From Candidatus Brocadiia bacterium (lineage in GTDB: Bacteria; Planctomycetota; Brocadiia; SM23-32): a stretch of DNA of 20,553 nt. Shown piece after piece: positions 16,391 through 20,553 of this stretch; positions within the stretch are counted from its first letter, which is position 1; the number at the start of each line of letters is the position of its first letter. The stretch covers positions 1-20,553 of the forward strand of contig JBKHIT010000075.1 of NCBI GenBank assembly GCA_046538485.1, read 5' to 3'. Both the position numbers and the translations under genes were made by a program. The notes under the pieces were generated by a model that made no database searches, was not told the DNA's origin, and saw only the letters and a program-made list of their open reading frames with translations.

Positions 16391-16658
16391 GTGGTCCGTT
16401 CCATTTGATTTTGTGGGTTCAGCCGGTCGTCGGTGGTTCAGATGCAAGGTGCAGTGAGAAGTTCGACCCAAGTGGGTCCACGCCGAACTGCAACGCCGCA
16501 GATGGGCCGCCGCCGTCCGGCCCGAGGGGAGCAATTCTGCCGGGCCATTTCTTCGTTGCGGCTTCGCAGGGACCCGTCTGGGTCACCTTTGGCGCCGCGC
16601 CTCGAACTGACCTCGGAAGAATTGCTCTGAACCCACAAAATCAAATGGAACGGACCAC
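16391..16658. mobile_element. 268-bp MITE-like structured element, copy 2 (inverted relative to copy 1)
   Basis: Perfect 32-bp TIRs GTGGTCCGTTCCATTTGATTTTGTGGGTTCAG at 16391-16422 and 16627-16658. Flanked by TA (left) and CA (right). The 204-bp interior differs from copy 1 at about 23 positions with no indels (hand count). Confidence 0.8.
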
Positions 16659-16702
16659 CAGCCTGCATCTTACGTACGCGTTTAGCGCTGGTGCTCTCGG
16701 TA

Positions 16703-16977
16703 AGCCCGCGGAGCGGGCGTGGCAGACGTAGCCCGGGGCGAAAAGAGGCCGTTGTTGGGCCGAACGAGCCCCGGGTTGCCATTGGGAAGCAGCCGAAAGA
16801 GGCGGATCGCCTCGCCGGAGGCGAGCGCGGCAATCTTTCGTAGGCTCTGCCCAGCGAAAGCTTGCCGCGGCGAACGTAGTTCGCGCGCTCCGCCGGCACG
16901 TCCCCCGAACCGCTAACCCCGGGCTCGTAGAGAACGGCTCGCCCGGGGCTAACTCTGCAACGCCCGCTTCACGGGCT
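16703..16977. repeat. REPIN-like large imperfect palindrome
   Basis: Left arm AGCCCGCGGAGCGGGCGTGGCAGACGTAGCCCGGGGCGA...CGAGCCCCGGGTT is the near reverse complement of the right arm AACCCCGGGCTCG...TCGCCCGGGGCTAACTCTGCAACGCCCGCTTCACGGGCT. The CGTAGCCC core is shared with the units at 528-872. Confidence 0.7.
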
Positions 16978-17170
16978 CAAAACCACATGCATTTTTCAGG
17001 AATTTAAGCTTTGCCGCTTATCCTGCGCTTCGTCTGTTTCCCGACGCAACGAACCGCTGAAGCGGAACGGATTTATTTCTTTCCGCTCGGTTGATCTGAA
17101 TCAGCGTTTGAATACATTATATGCAACCACACGCCTCGTCAGAACATACGGAACCAGGAAGACGGATACC

Positions 17171-17869
17171 ATGAACAACGGGAAAATCCTCGTTATCGAA
17201 GACGACGACGCGGTTCGGCAGGGACTGGTCGATGCCCTCGAATTCGCCGGGTACCGCACGCTCGAAGCGAAAACGGGACCCCGGGGCCTGAAAAAAGCCG
17301 TGAAAGTCGATTGCGAGCTGATCCTGCTCGATCTCGTCCTGCCCGGGCTCGACGGACTTGATATACTGGAAGAAGTGCGCGAGGTGCGCCCCGCCCTGCC
17401 TGTGATAATCCTGACGGCCCGGGGGGAGGAATCCGATCGCGTCCGGGGGCTGAAACTCGGAGCGGACGACTACGTCGTCAAACCTTTCAGCGTCAAAGAA
17501 CTCCTTGCCCGGGTTGAGGCGGTCTTGCGGCGCAGCGCCGAACGTCCGTCAGATGTGAAAACCATGGATTTTCCCGGCGGCTCGGCCAATTTCGAGCGGT
17601 GTGAAGTGGTTTTCGAAGATGGCGACCGCGCCGAACTTTCGGAGCGGGAAAGCGATCTGCTGCGCTATCTGGCCAAAAACCGGGGCCGTGCCATCTCCCG
17701 CGAAGAAATCCTCGCCCGCGTCTGGCGGATGGATCCCAAAGGCGTCAGAACCCGCACCATCGACATGCACGTGGCACGACTGCGCGAGAAACTACAGGAT
17801 GATCCGGAGGATCCAGAAATTATTCTGACAGTGCGAGGGCGCGGTTACATGCTCGCGGACATATCCTGA
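17171..17869 (+). CDS. OmpR/PhoB-family two-component response regulator
   Basis: Receiver domain KILVIEDD, LLDLVLPG, IILTA, GADDYVVKPF; winged helix RTIDMHVARLREKL...ILTVRGRGY. The ATG at 17171 is preferred over the TTG at 17108. Confidence 0.95.
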   Translation: MNNGKILVIEDDDAVRQGLVDALEFAGYRTLEAKTGPRGLKKAVKVDCELILLDLVLPGLDGLDILEEVREVRPALPVIILTARGEESDRVRGLKLGADDYVVKPFSVKELLARVEAVLRRSAERPSDVKTMDFPGGSANFERCEVVFEDGDRAELSERESDLLRYLAKNRGRAISREEILARVWRMDPKGVRTRTIDMHVARLREKLQDDPEDPEIILTVRGRGYMLADIS

Positions 17870-17924
17870 ATTCTCCCACAACCTGCTGGTGGTTCATGAC
17901 TCTCGACTTTTAAGGTCGAATGAA

Positions 17925-17965
17925 GAGATTGCCACGTTGCTCTAACGGCGGGCTCCTCGCAATGA
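17925..17965. repeat. Half copy of the GAGATTGC...CTCGCAATGA palindromic repeat
   Basis: GAGATTGCCACG...CCTCGCAATGA matches the right half of 15023-15125. Confidence 0.5.
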
Positions 17966-18002
17966 GAAGAACGACTTCCATAAATAGAATCTGAAAGACC
18001 AC

Positions 18003-19748
18003 ATGAAACGTAGCTGGCACATCTGGCTCATCTTCGCCGTCTGTCTGGCCGTCGTCCTTGCGGCCATGGGCTGGGTGACGGCGGTGGGATTACGGTTGGA
18101 AAAGGAACGCGCCGAGGTTCAGCGTGTGGCCAACCGGGAAGAAAAACTCCGGCTTGCGCTCTGGCGCATGGACTCGGCTCTCGCATCGCTCTACGCCCGG
18201 GAGAACTCGCGCCCTTATTTCGCGTATTCCGGTTTCTATCCCGCCAACCGGGCCTACACGCGGATGTTCTCCAAAATCGAAGCGGGGGAAGTGCTGATAC
18301 CCTCCCCCCTGCTCACACTCGATTCGGAAAGGATTCTGCTGCACTTTCAAATTGGACCGAACGGTGAAATTACATCTCCTCAGGCCCCGTCGGGCAACCA
18401 GAGGGATCTGGCGGAGAGCCGTTTTGTCAATCCTGAAAAGATCGGGGCAGCCGTCGCACAACTCGAAGAGTTGCGCGGTCATATCCAGCGCAAAAAACTT
18501 CTGGCATCCCTGGAAGAAAAAACAAAGCCCGAGGGCAAAACGGAGGACCTTCCGGGGCCCGTGGCAGCGGGCGGACAGCGAGAGGCGCTTCAGACACAGC
18601 AGGTCATGAACGTCGCTGAACAGCAAGCCCGGATGCAGGTGGTGAAAAAGAACGCTCCCGCCCCTCAAAACTCCGCCGTAACCACCGAAAACATCCGTGA
18701 AGGTCCCCTCCACCCTCTCTGGGTGAAAGACACCCTCCTGCTGGCCCGCCGGGTTCGGGTCAATGAAAACCTTTACGTGCAGGGATGCTGGTTGAACTGG
18801 GAGAAACTCCAGAATTGGCTCACCGATCTTGTCAAAGACCTTTTGCCGGACGTGCATCTGGAACCTGTGATAAACCAAGAAGATACCGATGGCCAACGTC
18901 TCGCTTCCCTTCCCGTCCGCCTCGTACCGGGAAACGTCCCCCCCATCCCGCAAAACGCCCTCTCCCCGGTCCGGATATCGCTGGGGGTAGCGTGGATCTG
19001 CGTTCTTCTGGCAACGATCGCGGCCATCCTTTTGCTGCGGGGCGTCCTCTCACTGAGCGAACGTCGCGCTGCATTTGTCTCCGCCGTCACTCACGAACTC
19101 CGCACCCCACTGACCACATTCCAGATGTATTCGGAGATGCTCGCCGATGGAATGGTGGAAGAACCAGAAAAACGCGACCGATATCTCGAGACACTCCGCT
19201 CCCAGGCCTACCGGCTCCAGCATCTGGTGGAAAACGTCCTGGCCTTCGCGCGTCTCGAACGCGGACGGAGCCGGCGCGAGTTGAAGGAACTGAATCTACG
19301 AGAACTCACCGAACGGGCCTGTGAACGTCTTCAGGATCATGTCGAACGCACGGGAAATGAGCTGAAATGCACGGTAGACGCCGCAGCCCAGGACACTTTC
19401 GTGAAAGTGGATTTCTCGGCCATTGAGCATATTTTGTTCAATCTTGTGGATAACGCCTGCAAATACGCCGACCGCACGGACCGCCCGATCAAGCTCACCG
19501 CTGAGCGGGAGCAAGACAGCCCCGTGATCGCTGTCCGGGACTACGGACCGGGGATACCTCTGGAGGAGGCGAAGAGCGTTTTCAAACCTTTTCGCAAATC
19601 GGCCCGGCAGGCCGCCGACTCCGCGCCCGGGGTGGGACTCGGACTGGCTCTCAGCCGGCGCCTGGCCCGGGAGATGGGAGGCGATCTCAAATTGAGAGAG
19701 ACAGACGGCCCGGGAGCCTGTTTTGTTCTCAGACTGCCTCCCACATGA
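18003..19748 (+). CDS. Membrane sensor histidine kinase (HisKA + HATPase_c)
   Basis: Two transmembrane segments enclose an extracytoplasmic region of about 300 aa. H-box VTHELRTPLT, N-box NLVDNACKY, G1 DYGPGI, F-box VFKPF and G2 GVGLGL. Confidence 0.95.
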   Translation: MKRSWHIWLIFAVCLAVVLAAMGWVTAVGLRLEKERAEVQRVANREEKLRLALWRMDSALASLYARENSRPYFAYSGFYPANRAYTRMFSKIEAGEVLIPSPLLTLDSERILLHFQIGPNGEITSPQAPSGNQRDLAESRFVNPEKIGAAVAQLEELRGHIQRKKLLASLEEKTKPEGKTEDLPGPVAAGGQREALQTQQVMNVAEQQARMQVVKKNAPAPQNSAVTTENIREGPLHPLWVKDTLLLARRVRVNENLYVQGCWLNWEKLQNWLTDLVKDLLPDVHLEPVINQEDTDGQRLASLPVRLVPGNVPPIPQNALSPVRISLGVAWICVLLATIAAILLLRGVLSLSERRAAFVSAVTHELRTPLTTFQMYSEMLADGMVEEPEKRDRYLETLRSQAYRLQHLVENVLAFARLERGRSRRELKELNLRELTERACERLQDHVERTGNELKCTVDAAAQDTFVKVDFSAIEHILFNLVDNACKYADRTDRPIKLTAEREQDSPVIAVRDYGPGIPLEEAKSVFKPFRKSARQAADSAPGVGLGLALSRRLAREMGGDLKLRETDGPGACFVLRLPPT

Positions 19749-19923
19749 TCGATGGATAGAAATCAACCGGGCACGGAAAAGCATGCTGGCCCGGATTTTA
19801 CGGATAATTGGAAGCTATTTTTGCCAAATCAGGGTAGAATCTTTATTGAAGACCGTTCATAACCCTTCTCAGCCAAAAATCCGGGCTAAGCGTATTTGCA
19901 ACTTAGCTGTAAAGCCCGGTTGG

Positions 19924-19961
19924 AAAAAAGGCAGGAGCGGCTGGGTAAGAACCGCTCCTGC
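19924..19961 (-). terminator. Intrinsic terminator of the minus-strand prepilin-like gene
   Basis: 10-bp stem GCAGGAGCGG (19931-19940) / CCGCTCCTGC (19952-19961), followed on the minus strand by CTTTTTT, 28 nt past the stop codon. Confidence 0.7.
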
Positions 19962-19989
19962 GGGTTAAAGTCAAAAAAAATCGCCAGCT

Positions 19990-20553
19990 TCAGTTGTTGT
20001 CCTCAAGACTGGCGTAGTCTCCGGAATAGACATCGCCATCCTCGGTGTGAGGATTCGGGTGGTTGCCATTCTGTTCGCCGACCCATTTTACGTGCGCATC
20101 TCTGAACAGAAGATTGGCGCCGGCATCGCCGTGATTTCCCTCGGGTTGAGGGCCGTTGGCGCTATCATTGACATAATCGCCCATGATCGCACCCAGGATA
20201 TTGGTGGCGTACCGATCATCGCACGCGTATTCGCAGGTCAACGTGCTGGAACTCGAATCCCATTCGGCTTCATCGGAACCACTCGGACAGTCCAGCTGAT
20301 CGGCCGAGTTCATGTAGCCGTGATCGAGGAGAATGGCAAGCCGATTATTGGAGTCGACCTGCCAGTCGGCTCCTCCGCCACCGGCATCCGGCAACTGTCC
20401 GTTCCAATCACCCTTATAAATCGCGAATTGCGTGCCTGCATTGTGCAGGTTATTGGCGCACGCAATCCGTCTGGCGGCTTCCCGAGCCCGTTCGAGAGCG
20501 GGCATCAGCATGGCTGCCAGTATCGATATAATGGCGATAACAACCAGCAGTTC
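19990..20553 (-). CDS. Prepilin-type N-terminal cleavage/methylation protein (DUF1559-like, H-X9-DG-type C-terminus), 5'-truncated by the window edge
   Basis: The frame is open to the window edge: [36 protein letters not shown], then CPS and [18 protein letters not shown]. Confidence 0.9.
   Translation of the reverse strand, partial: ELLVVIAIISILAAMLMPALERAREAARRIACANNLHNAGTQFAIYKGDWNGQLPDAGGGGADWQVDSNNRLAILLDHGYMNSADQLDCPSGSDEAEWDSSSSTLTCEYACDDRYATNILGAIMGDYVNDSANGPQPEGNHGDAGANLLFRDAHVKWVGEQNGNHPNPHTEDGDVYSGDYASLEDNN

Overview
A GC-rich bacterial window, probably Planctomycetota or a related PVC lineage (inferred from the DUF1559-type prepilin gene, the DUF1080 gene and the giant TPR/alpha-2-macroglobulin protein). 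The left end is a dense cluster of palindromic repeats, in which a 268-bp TIR-bounded, highly structured MITE-like element has inserted into a REP-like unit. It is followed by tRNA-Ser(CGA), dinB (DNA polymerase IV) and a DUF1080 hydrolase. The centre is a divergent locus of exported proteins: an about 2,670-aa TPR + alpha-2-macroglobulin-like protein on the minus strand, which lacks the CxEQ thioester motif and carries a duplicated TPR-MG module, faces a VIT-vWA (inter-alpha-trypsin-inhibitor-like) gene broken by one in-frame TAA, then a secreted vWA protein and an OmpR-family regulator / histidine kinase pair. A second, inverted copy of the 268-bp element and a REPIN-like palindrome lie between the vWA and regulator genes. 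The window ends within a prepilin-type (DUF1559-like) gene. The most notable observations are the fully compensated covariation between the two copies of the 268-bp element and the A2M/VIT-vWA/vWA/two-component module. All family assignments come from motif recognition; no searches were run.
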